Positions 33,762 to 45,046 of a stretch of DNA of 64,000 nt are shown piece after piece (position 1 is the stretch's first letter; each line of letters starts with the position of its first letter). The stretch lies in the NCBI GenBank assembly GCA_963703225.1, contig OY969801.1:480001-544000 (forward strand). The letters run 5' to 3'. The notes below the pieces were generated by a model, which saw only the letters and a program-made list of their open reading frames with translations, was not told the DNA's origin and did no database searches. A program made the translations under genes and the position numbers. This stretch comes from Candidatus Eiseniibacteriota bacterium (GTDB lineage: Bacteria; Eisenbacteria; RBG-16-71-46; SZUA-252).

Positions 33762-35003
33762 GTGCGACTGTACCGCCTCTTCCCGGCCGTCCCGTTCCTG
33801 ATCTTCGCAACAGCGAATTTGGGATGCTCCAACAAGGCCGCGACGATCACCGGGAACGAGCGCCTGGCCCGCGGCCCGGCGGGACTGGGGACCACCGTCA
33901 GCGTCCTGAGTTACCTGAACCGCGACACCTACGCGACGGCGGGCACCACGAATTTCGGAGCGGCCCTGTTGGTGGGACAGTCGGGATCGTTCGACGCCAG
34001 GTCTCTCTTCGCGGTTCGGACGTGGAGGCTTCCAGACGAGAGCCGGCCTGGATTCTCACCCGTCGCCGTCGTCTTCGTGCTCCCGCAGCGGCAGATATTG
34101 GGAGCAACCGGCTTCCTCTCCGCCGCGCTCTCTCTCACGGCCGGACCTTGGGACCCGACGGTCACTTGGCCGGGCCCCGCCGTGGGGACCGCGCTCGGGA
34201 GCACCAGCTACGACTTCATCGGCCCTCTTCGGGTCAATTTAGGTCCGAGCGGATATAGCCTCGTTCAGCAGTGGGCCGCCGATACGTCGCAGGCCCCCGG
34301 GTTCACGCTCGTTCCGACGTCGGCGGGCACCGTTGGCAGCTTCCAGGCAGGGGGCGCCGTGTTCCGCATCTACTACCACTACACGGGCACGGACAGCACC
34401 GAGACCGACAGCGTTGACACAAACGTCTCACGAGATACCTACATTCACGCCCCGTTGACCCCGCCGCAGACGGGCTCCGAAACCGCGCTCATCTTCGGCG
34501 GCGGGTACGAGTGCGCGCTGGCCCTTCGCGCGCCCGTGCCTCAGATCCCCGAAGGGAGCTCGGTCAACGAGCTTCGACTGGTCCTCCCGGTGACCGGTAC
34601 GGCGCCTGCGGGCAATGGCGCTGCCATGCCCGACACCGTACTTTTGGACTTGGACATCTTCCGGATTCGAGGGGCCTGGGTGGAGGGGGTTACCGACCAG
34701 GCGGGCCTCACGCTTGACGCGTTTCCGGTTTCACGTCTGCTTCTCTCCTACCTGGCCGCACAGGACACGGCGCTTTCGATCGCGCTGCCCCGCGTGTTGA
34801 CTCGGGAGTGGGGTGCCGACTCCACGAACAACGAAGGGATCCTCATCAAGATTCGAAGCCTGACCGTCCGCCCCGCTCCCACCGTGAACCGGCTCGTGCA
34901 GACTCAGGCGGAGAGCCCTGCATTCCTGATCGGATCGCGAGAGTCCTCTCGTCCCCCCCTTCTGCGGGTTAGCACGACATCGCCGCCGCCAGGGCGCTTT
35001 TGA
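33762..35003 (+). CDS. Putative lipoprotein, beta-rich, unknown function
   Basis: Lipobox-like ANLG-C after a hydrophobic stretch; two similar halves (RDTY...W...QW / RDTYI...REW..NEG); C-terminal SRE...PLLRV. Confidence 0.65.
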   Translation: MRLYRLFPAVPFLIFATANLGCSNKAATITGNERLARGPAGLGTTVSVLSYLNRDTYATAGTTNFGAALLVGQSGSFDARSLFAVRTWRLPDESRPGFSPVAVVFVLPQRQILGATGFLSAALSLTAGPWDPTVTWPGPAVGTALGSTSYDFIGPLRVNLGPSGYSLVQQWAADTSQAPGFTLVPTSAGTVGSFQAGGAVFRIYYHYTGTDSTETDSVDTNVSRDTYIHAPLTPPQTGSETALIFGGGYECALALRAPVPQIPEGSSVNELRLVLPVTGTAPAGNGAAMPDTVLLDLDIFRIRGAWVEGVTDQAGLTLDAFPVSRLLLSYLAAQDTALSIALPRVLTREWGADSTNNEGILIKIRSLTVRPAPTVNRLVQTQAESPAFLIGSRESSRPPLLRVSTTSPPPGRF

Positions 35004-35016
35004 CGTCGGAGCGCTC

Positions 35017-36258
35017 TTGATCCGGCATCGACGCGGAAAACCGTCTCGGGCGCTGGCCGCCGGGGTCGCGTTCAGCGCGCTGATCGCAGCGATGCTCGCC
35101 TTGGCCCCGCGCGCGCTCGCGGGCTCGGTCTTTTCCGTGGGTGGTCTGGGCGAGCCGTCGCTGGCGGAGAGCGCGCGCCTCAGGGCTCTCGGAGGCGCCG
35201 GCGCCGCGGAATGGGGCCCGAGCAGCTACTCGATGGTGAACCCGGCTTCGATCGCGGAGGCGCGGTACCTCTCACTCGAGGCGACCATGCTCGCCACCCG
35301 ACGGAGCATCTCCACCCTGAGCTACGGAAGCGAGTCGGCCTACGAGACCTCCTTCCCATCCGTCCGTCTCGTCGTCCATCTGCCCCAGAACATCGCGATC
35401 GGCGGGAGCTACCTCGCGGGCACGAGCGGCGAATTCGAGATCGACCGCCCCGAGAGCGCGGGGACTGCCTCGTTCCTCCACATCGATGGAACCGGTGGGA
35501 TCAGCTACGCGCGCGCCACGCTCGCCAAGCGGATCTCCAGGAAACTCCGCGCTGGGGTCGACTACGAGGTGGTCGGCGGGAGCTACCGGGAAGAGTGGAT
35601 CCGCTCGTTTCGGACGACGACGCTCGCGCAATCAAGGGATACGCTGGAGACGAGCTGGGACCGGTTGGGGCGGTGGCGGTTTGGACTCCAATACGGGCGG
35701 GAGCGTTTCTCACTCGGCGCGGTGTACGAAACCGCACGGCGGATTCCCATGACGTCCACGCAGCAAACGGCTGGCTCCGAGGTCAAGACGTCGGGCACGC
35801 TCACGATCCCCGAGGGTTTCGTGGCCGGCTTCAGCGCTTCGCTCGGCGGGCGGACCCGATTCGTGGGGCAATATCAGCGGAGGAACTGGAACAACGAGTC
35901 GCTCGTGAGCGACCTCGTCGATTTCAGGGCCGAGGAGCGCTACTCGGTGGGATTCGAGAAGCAGCCCCTGGGCGTGGGCAGTCTTCTCAACCAGATGCCG
36001 ATCCGCCTAGGGGCGACGTACCTCTGCTGGCCCGACCTCCTGCCGCGCGCCGGAGCCGTCGATGTCACTGGCGGAACACCCCATCTCGACGAATGGGCGG
36101 TGTCGTTCGGGACCGGCGTTCGAACTCCCGACCATGGCGGCACCGTCGACCTGAGCCTGGAGGGAGGCAGACGCGGCGATGAAACCGAGCTCGGCGCGCG
36201 CGAGACCTTCTTTCGCGCCGCGATCTCGGTCAAGGTGAGCGACGAGACCTGGCGGTAG
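35017..36258 (+). CDS. Outer-membrane beta-barrel protein (FadL/PorV-like)
   Basis: Signal peptide, FSVGGLGE...RALGGAG...NPAS plug-like N-terminus, alternating beta strands, terminal DETWR. Confidence 0.65.
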   Translation: MIRHRRGKPSRALAAGVAFSALIAAMLALAPRALAGSVFSVGGLGEPSLAESARLRALGGAGAAEWGPSSYSMVNPASIAEARYLSLEATMLATRRSISTLSYGSESAYETSFPSVRLVVHLPQNIAIGGSYLAGTSGEFEIDRPESAGTASFLHIDGTGGISYARATLAKRISRKLRAGVDYEVVGGSYREEWIRSFRTTTLAQSRDTLETSWDRLGRWRFGLQYGRERFSLGAVYETARRIPMTSTQQTAGSEVKTSGTLTIPEGFVAGFSASLGGRTRFVGQYQRRNWNNESLVSDLVDFRAEERYSVGFEKQPLGVGSLLNQMPIRLGATYLCWPDLLPRAGAVDVTGGTPHLDEWAVSFGTGVRTPDHGGTVDLSLEGGRRGDETELGARETFFRAAISVKVSDETWR

Positions 36259-36259
36259 G

Positions 36260-38275
36260 CTACGCCCCGGAGATAACCCCCTGCGTCGCCGTCTCCATCC
36301 GTGATTCAACGCGCCGCTCCGCGCGAGGCTGGGCGGGGGCCCCGCACCGGTCGCAACGGCCGAGCGTCCTGATCCGATCCACGTAATCGACAACCGTGGC
36401 GACAAGCCACGCGTGGGCGGAAAGCGAGGGCGTCACCGAGGTCGTCTCGCCCCGATACGGATGGAGCTGCTCCGGCAGGAGGCTAGAGCCCTCGGACCGC
36501 GCCGCGCACCAGAGGAGAATCGTCCGCGCCGGATCGAGATCCTGCGCCTTCTGCGCGGTCCGGATCGAGTGCTGCGCCAGCCACAGCGTGGCGGCGATCC
36601 ACGGGTTTCCCGGTACCTCCGCCAGGTCGGTGCCCACGGAGCCGAGCGGGTCCCGCTCGTAGCGAGCGATTCCGCCGACCCCGGTCCGCACCCAGAGCGT
36701 GCTGCGGATCTCGGCCACCGTTGCGCGCACCTTGGCGTCCTCCGCCTCGAGGCCGTCGAGGAGCCCCAGCCAGAGGAGCGACGCGTCGAGCGAGGGGTCG
36801 GGGCGGAGCGTGCGGCCTTCCGGAATCAGGGAGCGCGCGAACCGGCCCCACTCGGGCCGGTAGAGCTCGCGGAGGAGCGCGCGGCCGACCTGATCGGCCA
36901 CCGCGTTCCACGTCCGGGCCCGCGCTCCGTCTCCGAAAGACTTCGCCACGCGCGCCGCGACCATGAGGCCGGCGCGGACGATCGCGGCGGTCGAGGCGTG
37001 GAAACCGGCCCGCTCGCCCCACAGATCGTGCGCGGCGGGAAGCTCCCGCGTGGGATCGATCGACCCGACCAGCCGATCGGCCCCCGGGACGAGGAGGTCC
37101 CGATAGAGGGGCGCCGCATGCTCCACGTCCCGCTCTCGCTCGAAATGCCGCGCCAGGGCCCAGAGCGGAAGCGCCAGCGCATCGAGGTCGGGCGACGTCT
37201 CCACGGGGGCACCTTCGGGGTCCACGACCGGGTGGAGCACTCCCCCCTCCGCGACACTCTTTGCCGCGAACTCGAGATAGCGCCGCGTGGCTGAGTGATA
37301 GCCCGCGCGGCCCAGCGCATCGGCGGCCATGGCGGCGTCCCGATGCCAGCACCAGCGGTAGTCGATGCGGGACGGCGCGCCGGGGGATTCCTCGACGCCC
37401 GAGAGAATCGCTCCGCTCGGGGTCTGATGGAGTCGTAGAAGGACCAAGCTTCGGCGATAGAGCGCCGACACGTCCTCGGGGAGGTCGAAGAGGTCGCGCG
37501 ACCCCTGCGCGAGCCAGGCGCTCCAGTGCGCCCGGGTGCGCGCGAGCGAGGAGGCGATTCCGACTCGGCGAAACGTCTCGTCGCGGTCTCTCGCCTCGGT
37601 CATGGTGGCCCCGGTCGAGAGCCAGACGGTCACCATGCCCGCCGCGCCCGGCGCCAACGCGAGAGGCGCCCCCGCGAGGGAGTCGACGCGCCCCCGCGCT
37701 TCGAGCGGTCCGTTCGCCTGGCCACCGTGCGCCAGCGCCTGAGCGCCGGGTGCCTCATCGGAGCCGCGGGAGGCGACCCTCCAGTAGGGGACGCCCGTGC
37801 CCTCCGCCGTCTCCATGTTGATGATCACAAAGCGTCGCGCGGCGTGGTGGACGATTCCGCCCGTGGTCGGCTCGCGGAATGCCGCTTCGTGCGGCTCGCC
37901 GAGGCCCATCCTCAGGTCGTGGTGGAAGAGGACGCGGAGATCGCGGAATTTCGCGGATCGGTTCGTGACCTGGACGCGGCGAGCGAGGACTCCGCTGGAA
38001 ACGTCGACGTAGGTCTCGACCCACAGCTCCAGCATGAGGCGCGCCGAAACAAACGAGAAATCGACGATCGGCGCGTCGCCGCCTTCGCCGAGCCGACCTT
38101 CGAAATCTCCCGGGAGCCAGTGAACCTCCCCGTCGACCGAGAGGCCGATCGGGGCCGGACGACGGAGGAGCTGGTGTTCGGGGGCCACGGAGGGCGCGTA
38201 GAACTCGCGCAGGGTGCCGCGACGATCTCCGGTCGCGAGGATCGATCCGTTTCCGACGACGTAGGCGCGCGCCAG
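36260..38275 (-). CDS. Glycoside hydrolase family 15 (glucoamylase-like) protein with degenerate active-site motifs
   Basis: VVGNG N-terminus, Y..CW.RD, DLWGE, DASLL, GGIARYE.D, GNPW...TLW, LLPEQ; start inferred at CTG38275 after AAGGAGG. Confidence 0.85.
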   Translation of the reverse strand: MARAYVVGNGSILATGDRRGTLREFYAPSVAPEHQLLRRPAPIGLSVDGEVHWLPGDFEGRLGEGGDAPIVDFSFVSARLMLELWVETYVDVSSGVLARRVQVTNRSAKFRDLRVLFHHDLRMGLGEPHEAAFREPTTGGIVHHAARRFVIINMETAEGTGVPYWRVASRGSDEAPGAQALAHGGQANGPLEARGRVDSLAGAPLALAPGAAGMVTVWLSTGATMTEARDRDETFRRVGIASSLARTRAHWSAWLAQGSRDLFDLPEDVSALYRRSLVLLRLHQTPSGAILSGVEESPGAPSRIDYRWCWHRDAAMAADALGRAGYHSATRRYLEFAAKSVAEGGVLHPVVDPEGAPVETSPDLDALALPLWALARHFERERDVEHAAPLYRDLLVPGADRLVGSIDPTRELPAAHDLWGERAGFHASTAAIVRAGLMVAARVAKSFGDGARARTWNAVADQVGRALLRELYRPEWGRFARSLIPEGRTLRPDPSLDASLLWLGLLDGLEAEDAKVRATVAEIRSTLWVRTGVGGIARYERDPLGSVGTDLAEVPGNPWIAATLWLAQHSIRTAQKAQDLDPARTILLWCAARSEGSSLLPEQLHPYRGETTSVTPSLSAHAWLVATVVDYVDRIRTLGRCDRCGAPAQPRAERRVESRMETATQGVISGA

Positions 38276-38318
38276 TGGTGCCTCCTTGCCCCGACGAGTT
38301 GCGGCGACCCGCGGGCGC

Positions 38319-38394
38319 AACCTAACAGAGCGGCTCGCGCGCGGTCAACACTCGCGAGTTAGGCGTTGACACTCGTGCGCGCGATCTCAATCAT
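38319..38394. promoter_or_regulatory. Divergent sigma70-type promoter pair
   Basis: Minus: TTGACC-18 bp-TAGGTT with extended TG. Plus: TTGACA(38366)-17 bp-AATCAT ending 9 nt before ATG38404. Confidence 0.55.
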
Positions 38395-38403
38395 CTCGCG
38401 GCG

Positions 38404-39882
38404 ATGACCCTTCCATCCGGGCCCGGATTGCTTCCGCCGGACCTCCTCCTCCCGCTCCACCTCCTCCTCTGGGTCCTGCTGGCCGCCTACGGCCTCCATC
38501 GGCTCCACCTGATCCGGCTCTACCGCCGGCGGAAGGGCCCGGAGAACCCGCCGGCCCCTCCGGTCGAGTGGCCACGGGTCACGATCCAGCTTCCGATCCG
38601 CGACGAGCGGTACGTCGTCGAGCGGCTGCTCGACGCGGCGGCCTCCGTGGACTACCCCCGCGATCGAGTGGAGGTCCAATTGCTGGACGATTCATGCGAC
38701 GAGACCACGGCGGTCGCGGCCAGGGCCGTCGCGGCACTCAAGGCCCGCGGCGTGGACGTGGTCCACATCCGGCGAGCCGACCGCCGCGGCTACAAGGCGG
38801 GGGCGCTCCAGTACGGGTTGGAGCGGGCGCGGGGCGAGATCTTGGCGGTCTTCGACGCCGACTTCGTGCCACCACCTTCCATCTTGCGGCTCCTGGTGCC
38901 CTACTTCCAGGAGCGGCGGGTCGGCGTGGTGCAGGCACGGTGGGCCCACCTGAACCGGGAGTACTCGGCGCTCGCGAGGGCGCAGGCGATCTCCCTCGAC
39001 AGCCATTTCTTGATCGAGCATTCGGCGCGAATGAGCGGCGGACGATTCCTGAATTTCAACGGCACCGCCGGCCTGCTCCGCAAGGCCTGCGTCGTCGACG
39101 CCGGGGGATGGCAGGCCGACACCTTGACCGAAGATCTCGATCTGAGCTACAGGGCGCAGCTCCGGGGCTGGCGGTTTGTCTTCGCGCCGCACGTCGCTTG
39201 CCCTGGGGAGCTCCCGGTCGAGATGAACGCGTTCAAGGCGCAGCAGCACCGTTGGGTCAAGGGATCGATCCAGGTCGCGAAGAAGCTCTTGCCCCGGATC
39301 TGGCGCTCGCGCTGGCCGGCGTCGGTGAAGTGGGAAGCCACCTTTCATCTGACGAACAACCTCGCCTACGTGCTCCTCCTCCTCCTTTCGATCATCCTCT
39401 ACCCGGTGGTGCTCGCGCGATACGAGAGCAAGAGCATCGTCTATACGATCGCCGACCTCGCCCTCCTCGTCGCGGCGACGGTCCCGGTCCTCGCCTATTT
39501 CACCTACGCCCAGCGCGAGTCGCGCCCCGATTGGAGGGGACAAATCCGGCACATTCCATTCGTTCTATCGCTGGGGATCGGCCTGGCGGTGAACAACACG
39601 CGGGCTGTTCTGGAGGGGTTGCTGGGTCCGCGCGGCTCGTTCGACCGAACGCCCAAATTCCAGATCGAGCGCCGGGACGACCGGTGGTGGGGGAAGCGCT
39701 ATCGCGCCCCGGTCAATCCTTGGGTGCTGCTTGAGCTGGGCCTGGCGGCGTATTTCATCTTCGCCATCGTCTCCCTGGCCAAGGCCAAGCTCTACGCGCC
39801 GCTTCCCTTCTTTGGCCTCTACCTATTTGGCTACCTGTACGTCGGGCTCCTCTCCCTCGCCCACGCCGCGCGGCGTTCTTGA
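38404..39882 (+). CDS. Processive GT2 (cellulose-synthase-like) membrane glycosyltransferase
   Basis: VTIQLP, LDDS, GYKAGAL, FDADF, TLTEDLD, QQHRW motif and C-terminal TMs. Confidence 0.9.
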   Translation: MTLPSGPGLLPPDLLLPLHLLLWVLLAAYGLHRLHLIRLYRRRKGPENPPAPPVEWPRVTIQLPIRDERYVVERLLDAAASVDYPRDRVEVQLLDDSCDETTAVAARAVAALKARGVDVVHIRRADRRGYKAGALQYGLERARGEILAVFDADFVPPPSILRLLVPYFQERRVGVVQARWAHLNREYSALARAQAISLDSHFLIEHSARMSGGRFLNFNGTAGLLRKACVVDAGGWQADTLTEDLDLSYRAQLRGWRFVFAPHVACPGELPVEMNAFKAQQHRWVKGSIQVAKKLLPRIWRSRWPASVKWEATFHLTNNLAYVLLLLLSIILYPVVLARYESKSIVYTIADLALLVAATVPVLAYFTYAQRESRPDWRGQIRHIPFVLSLGIGLAVNNTRAVLEGLLGPRGSFDRTPKFQIERRDDRWWGKRYRAPVNPWVLLELGLAAYFIFAIVSLAKAKLYAPLPFFGLYLFGYLYVGLLSLAHAARRS

Positions 39883-41150
39883 TCCACCCGGCGCCCTCGG
39901 ATCCATCCGGCGACCAGCGCGACCGCCGCGAGCCCGCCGTACTCGACCAGGGGAATCCAGTTGGGGAGGCCCCAGCGTCCGGTGGCGTGATACGCGGGCA
40001 GGGGCAGATAGGAAAGGGCGACGAGCCCCGAAAACGTGATCAGCGCCGGGCTGGGGTAGAGTGGGAGCAGGGCGGCCACCGGGACCAAGTACCAGGGGAA
40101 GACCGTGGGGCTCGCGAGGAGGTACGCCGTGAGGAGGGCTATCGCGGCGCCCGCGGCGGTTCTCGCGCGCACGGAGATCCAGAGCGCGGCCACCGCGAGC
40201 GCGGCGGCGAGCGCCGCGCGGGCCGTCGCGTCGGCGGCACCGAAGGCTCGGAGAATCTTGTAGAGCGACCCGTTGAATTCCCACTGTCCCAGATAGGTCG
40301 CCAGGCCGGTCCAGAGCGAGCGGCCGGCGCTCCAAAAGGGGAGGAGCAAGAAGAGCGAAACCGCCGCCGCGATCGCGAGGAGCCCCACCGCGCGTCGGCG
40401 GACCAGGAAGGGGACCAGCAGAAGCGGGGTATACTTCGTCATCACGGCCAACGCGTACGCCGCGCCCGCGGAGAAAGTCCGCTTCGCCTCGAGCATCGCG
40501 AGCGCCAGGACGAGAAAGGCGGCCATCCAGAGGTCGAGATGGCCGCTCGCGTAGGACTCGATGAGGACGACCGGGTTCCATGCGAAGAGGAGCAGCCGCT
40601 CCTCCGGGAATCCGCGCCGCCGCAGCAGATAGACGAGCGCGACCCAGAGCACGATTTCCAGACCCAGCGTCGCGAGCCTGAAGGCCCTCGGGCTCAGCTC
40701 CGTCCGGGCGATCGCCCCGAACAGAAGCTGCGCGGCGGGCGGATAGATCGTGGGCACGTCGAAATGGTTGAGCCGCGCCAAGAGCTCATCGTGAAACGGG
40801 GCCAGCGTCGAGTCGGCGGGAGCGTGAAGGTAGGGATTCACGCCATGGGCGACCAGGCGCCCGTCCCATAGGTAGCGGTAGATGTCCTCCGAGAGCGTCG
40901 GCTCGGCTGGAATGAGCAGCGCCCGCGCGACCACGGCCACCGCGATCACCATCCAGAGCGGCCATCGCGGCCGGGGGGCCAAAGGGGGACGCGTCACGAC
41001 CCAAGCGGAGGTCACGTAGACCGCGTGGGCGACCGCCCAGAGGGCGAGCAGCGCGCCCATGCGGAGTCGGAGGTCCCCCAGCCGAGGGATCGGCGCGAGG
41101 GCCGCGAGGAGCAGAATTCCGAGGAGAAGGAGAATCCGGTGTCGGCTCAC
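39831..41150 (-). CDS. GT-C fold membrane glycosyltransferase (GT87/DUF2029-like)
   Basis: LSEDIYRYLWDG, NPY, PTIYPP, FAWNP...E...SGH.D, WEFNGS, PTVFPWY; start GTG41150 inferred. Confidence 0.8.
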   Translation of the reverse strand: MSRHRILLLLGILLLAALAPIPRLGDLRLRMGALLALWAVAHAVYVTSAWVVTRPPLAPRPRWPLWMVIAVAVVARALLIPAEPTLSEDIYRYLWDGRLVAHGVNPYLHAPADSTLAPFHDELLARLNHFDVPTIYPPAAQLLFGAIARTELSPRAFRLATLGLEIVLWVALVYLLRRRGFPEERLLLFAWNPVVLIESYASGHLDLWMAAFLVLALAMLEAKRTFSAGAAYALAVMTKYTPLLLVPFLVRRRAVGLLAIAAAVSLFLLLPFWSAGRSLWTGLATYLGQWEFNGSLYKILRAFGAADATARAALAAALAVAALWISVRARTAAGAAIALLTAYLLASPTVFPWYLVPVAALLPLYPSPALITFSGLVALSYLPLPAYHATGRWGLPNWIPLVEYGGLAAVALVAGWIRGRRVDQERRAAWARERSPTYR

Positions 41151-41225
41151 ATGACGCGCGAAGTTCGTAGGGGGCGGTGAAATCCCGCCGGGGCGCGCCC
41201 GCTGCCAAGGCGGCGGGTCGCGCGG

Positions 41226-41254
41226 ATCGTAGGGAAGCCAAGACGGGTGGTCAA
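41226..41254 (-). promoter_or_regulatory. sigma70-type promoter for the GT87-like gene
   Basis: Minus strand TTGACC-17 bp-TACGAT. Confidence 0.5.
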
Positions 41255-41380
41255 CGCGAGACCGCCCCGACGCACGGCGCCGCCGCCGAGCTGGCGTCGC
41301 TCGACCCATCGGCTCGTGGCCTCTGGGAGGCGGAGGTTTCCTCGCCCGAGGCTCCCAACCGCGGCGCCATCATCCAGAAC

Positions 41381-42313
41381 ATGATCGGCGTGAGCCCGCG
41401 CATGCAGCGGGTCTTTCGCCTCGTGGAAAAAGTCGCGCCGACCGAGAGCACCGTCCTGATCACGGGAGAGAGCGGGACGGGGAAGGAGATGATCGCGACC
41501 GCGATCCACCTTCAGAGCCGACGAGCCCACCGACCGTTCGTCACCGTCAATTGCTCCGCGATCCCCGAGACGCTCTTTGAGAGCGAGCTGTTCGGGCACT
41601 CGCGCGGCGCCTTCACCGGGGCCGTCTCCGACCGGGTTGGCCTCTTGAAGCAGGCCGACCGGGGCACGATCTTTCTGGACGAGGTCGCGGAGATGCCGCT
41701 CTCCGTGCAGCCCAAGCTTCTCCGCGCCCTCCAGAGCGGCGACGTGCGCCGCGTGGGGGATTCGGAGGAGCTTCGGCTCGACGTCCGCGTCATCGCGGCC
41801 AGCAACCGCGACGTGAAGCGGGCGCTCACGGAAGGACGGCTCCGGGAGGATCTCTATTACCGGCTGGGCGTCTTCCAGATCGAGCTTCCGCCGCTCCGAG
41901 AGCGCCGCGAGGACATCCCGCTCCTCGCGAACTACTTCCGGGAGCGTTTCGCGCGGCGACTCAAGAAGCGGGTGGATCGGTTCAGCGAGCGGGCGCAGCA
42001 GCTGCTTTTGCGATACGACTACCCGGGGAACGTGCGGGAGCTGGAAAACGCGATCGAGCGCGCTGTCACGGTCTGCGAGAACGGTGAAATCACGCATCTC
42101 GATCTCCCCCCGGCGTTCCGAGAGGTGCCGGTCCCTCTCCTGCGCGAGGGAGACGCGTTTCCCTACGCCGAGTCCTTGACCCTCTCCCAGCTCGAGGCGG
42201 AGCACATTCGCCGGGTCCTGGCGAGCGTGGCCGGGAACACCACCAAGGCGGCCAGGAGCCTCGGAATTTCCCGCTCGACCCTCTGGCGGAAGATGAGGCA
42301 GTATAGGATCTGA
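41381..42313 (+). CDS. sigma54-dependent activator (AAA+ plus Fis HTH) with no recognisable N-terminal regulatory domain
   Basis: Begins MIGVSPRM; GESGTGKE, ESELFG, GAFTGA, FLDEV, REDLYYRL, YPGNVRELEN, AARSLGISRSTLWRK. The upstream in-frame extension to 41177 is low-complexity and overlaps a divergent promoter. Confidence 0.88.
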   Translation: MIGVSPRMQRVFRLVEKVAPTESTVLITGESGTGKEMIATAIHLQSRRAHRPFVTVNCSAIPETLFESELFGHSRGAFTGAVSDRVGLLKQADRGTIFLDEVAEMPLSVQPKLLRALQSGDVRRVGDSEELRLDVRVIAASNRDVKRALTEGRLREDLYYRLGVFQIELPPLRERREDIPLLANYFRERFARRLKKRVDRFSERAQQLLLRYDYPGNVRELENAIERAVTVCENGEITHLDLPPAFREVPVPLLREGDAFPYAESLTLSQLEAEHIRRVLASVAGNTTKAARSLGISRSTLWRKMRQYRI

Positions 42314-42315
42314 TG

Positions 42316-42372
42316 GTTCCAAAATAGAACATGTTTCGGTTTCAATTTGAAACATATGTTCCATTTTGGTAC
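42316..42372. promoter_or_regulatory. Three palindromic enhancer-like (UAS) boxes
   Basis: GTTCCAAAATAGAAC (42316-42330), GTTTCAATTTGAAAC (42339-42353), GTTCCATTTTGGTAC (42358-42372). Confidence 0.7.
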
Positions 42373-42399
42373 GTATTTCAGAACTCCGCAAAATCTTGT

Positions 42400-42412
42400 T
42401 AAGTAGTTTATT
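42400..42412 (-). promoter_or_regulatory. IHF-like site in AT-rich spacer
   Basis: Minus strand AATAAACTACTTA versus WATCAANNNNTTR (one mismatch), between the UAS boxes and the -24/-12 element. Confidence 0.5.
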
Positions 42413-42440
42413 AATTTATAGTTACAGTTGTTTTTCTCCG

Positions 42441-42456
42441 TGGCACGCGGGGTGCA
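42441..42456 (+). promoter_or_regulatory. sigma54 -24/-12 promoter of hsp20-dnaK-msrA
   Basis: TGGCACGCGGGGTGCA: GG and GC separated by exactly 10 nt. Confidence 0.8.
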
Positions 42457-42538
42457 GTGATCGGGGTTGAGCGCTCGGAGCGGCACGAGGCCGCTTCGGC
42501 AGTAACTCAAACCCAAGGCCACAGAGGAGGGCAGTACC

Positions 42539-42985
42539 ATGGCACTAGTTCGTTGGACGCCATTGCGGGACGTATTTCAGACGCGAAGCGACATGGGTCG
42601 GATGCTGGAGGAGTTCCTGGGCAATCGGGGCGTATCGCCTGAGGGTGCGGTTGTTTGGCAGCCCGCGGTCGATATCGAGGAGAGCCCGGAGGGGTACTTT
42701 GTTCGCGCGGAGCTACCGGGCATGAAGCTCGAGGACATCAAGATTACGCTCGCGGACAATGAGCTCGTGGTGCGCGGCGAGAAGCGGCGGGAAATCGAGA
42801 AGAAGGACGCGACCTACCACCGCACCGAGCGCGCCTACGGGCAGTTCGAGCGTGTATTCACGCTGAACCACGCCGTGCGTGCGGACAAGATCGAGGCGAC
42901 CTACAATGAGGGCGTGCTCGAGGTGAGCATCCCGAAGGCGGAGGAAGCCAAGACCCGCGAGATCCCGGTCAAGACGTCGCGGTAA
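42539..42985 (+). CDS. Hsp20/alpha-crystallin small heat shock protein
   Basis: MALVRWTP, WQPAVDI.E, AELPG, ER.YG.F.R, GVLEV.IPK, C-terminal IPV; SD GAGGAGG. Confidence 0.95.
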   Translation: MALVRWTPLRDVFQTRSDMGRMLEEFLGNRGVSPEGAVVWQPAVDIEESPEGYFVRAELPGMKLEDIKITLADNELVVRGEKRREIEKKDATYHRTERAYGQFERVFTLNHAVRADKIEATYNEGVLEVSIPKAEEAKTREIPVKTSR

Positions 42986-43049
42986 CGGAAACAGGATACG
43001 GACGGCATCCGGGAACCCGCATCGACGGACCCGGAGTCGAATTCAAGGG

Positions 43050-43078
43050 ACGTGGAGGGGTGTGAAGCCCCTCCACGT
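43050..43078 (+). other. Perfect 11-bp stem-loop between hsp20 and dnaK
   Basis: ACGTGGAGGGG-tgtgaag-CCCCTCCACGT, no U-tract. Confidence 0.7.
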
Positions 43079-43098
43079 TCATCGCACTGGAGGAAGTC

Positions 43099-45026
<1,928 letters not shown>

Positions 45027-45046
45027 CCAAACCGAGAGGATTGCGC

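Noticed and set aside
42314..42440. AT-rich repeats as a CRISPR remnant, replication origin or IS end
   Set aside because: Only three short imperfect palindromes with no spacers, cas genes, DnaA boxes or transposase; a sigma54 enhancer region explains them better.
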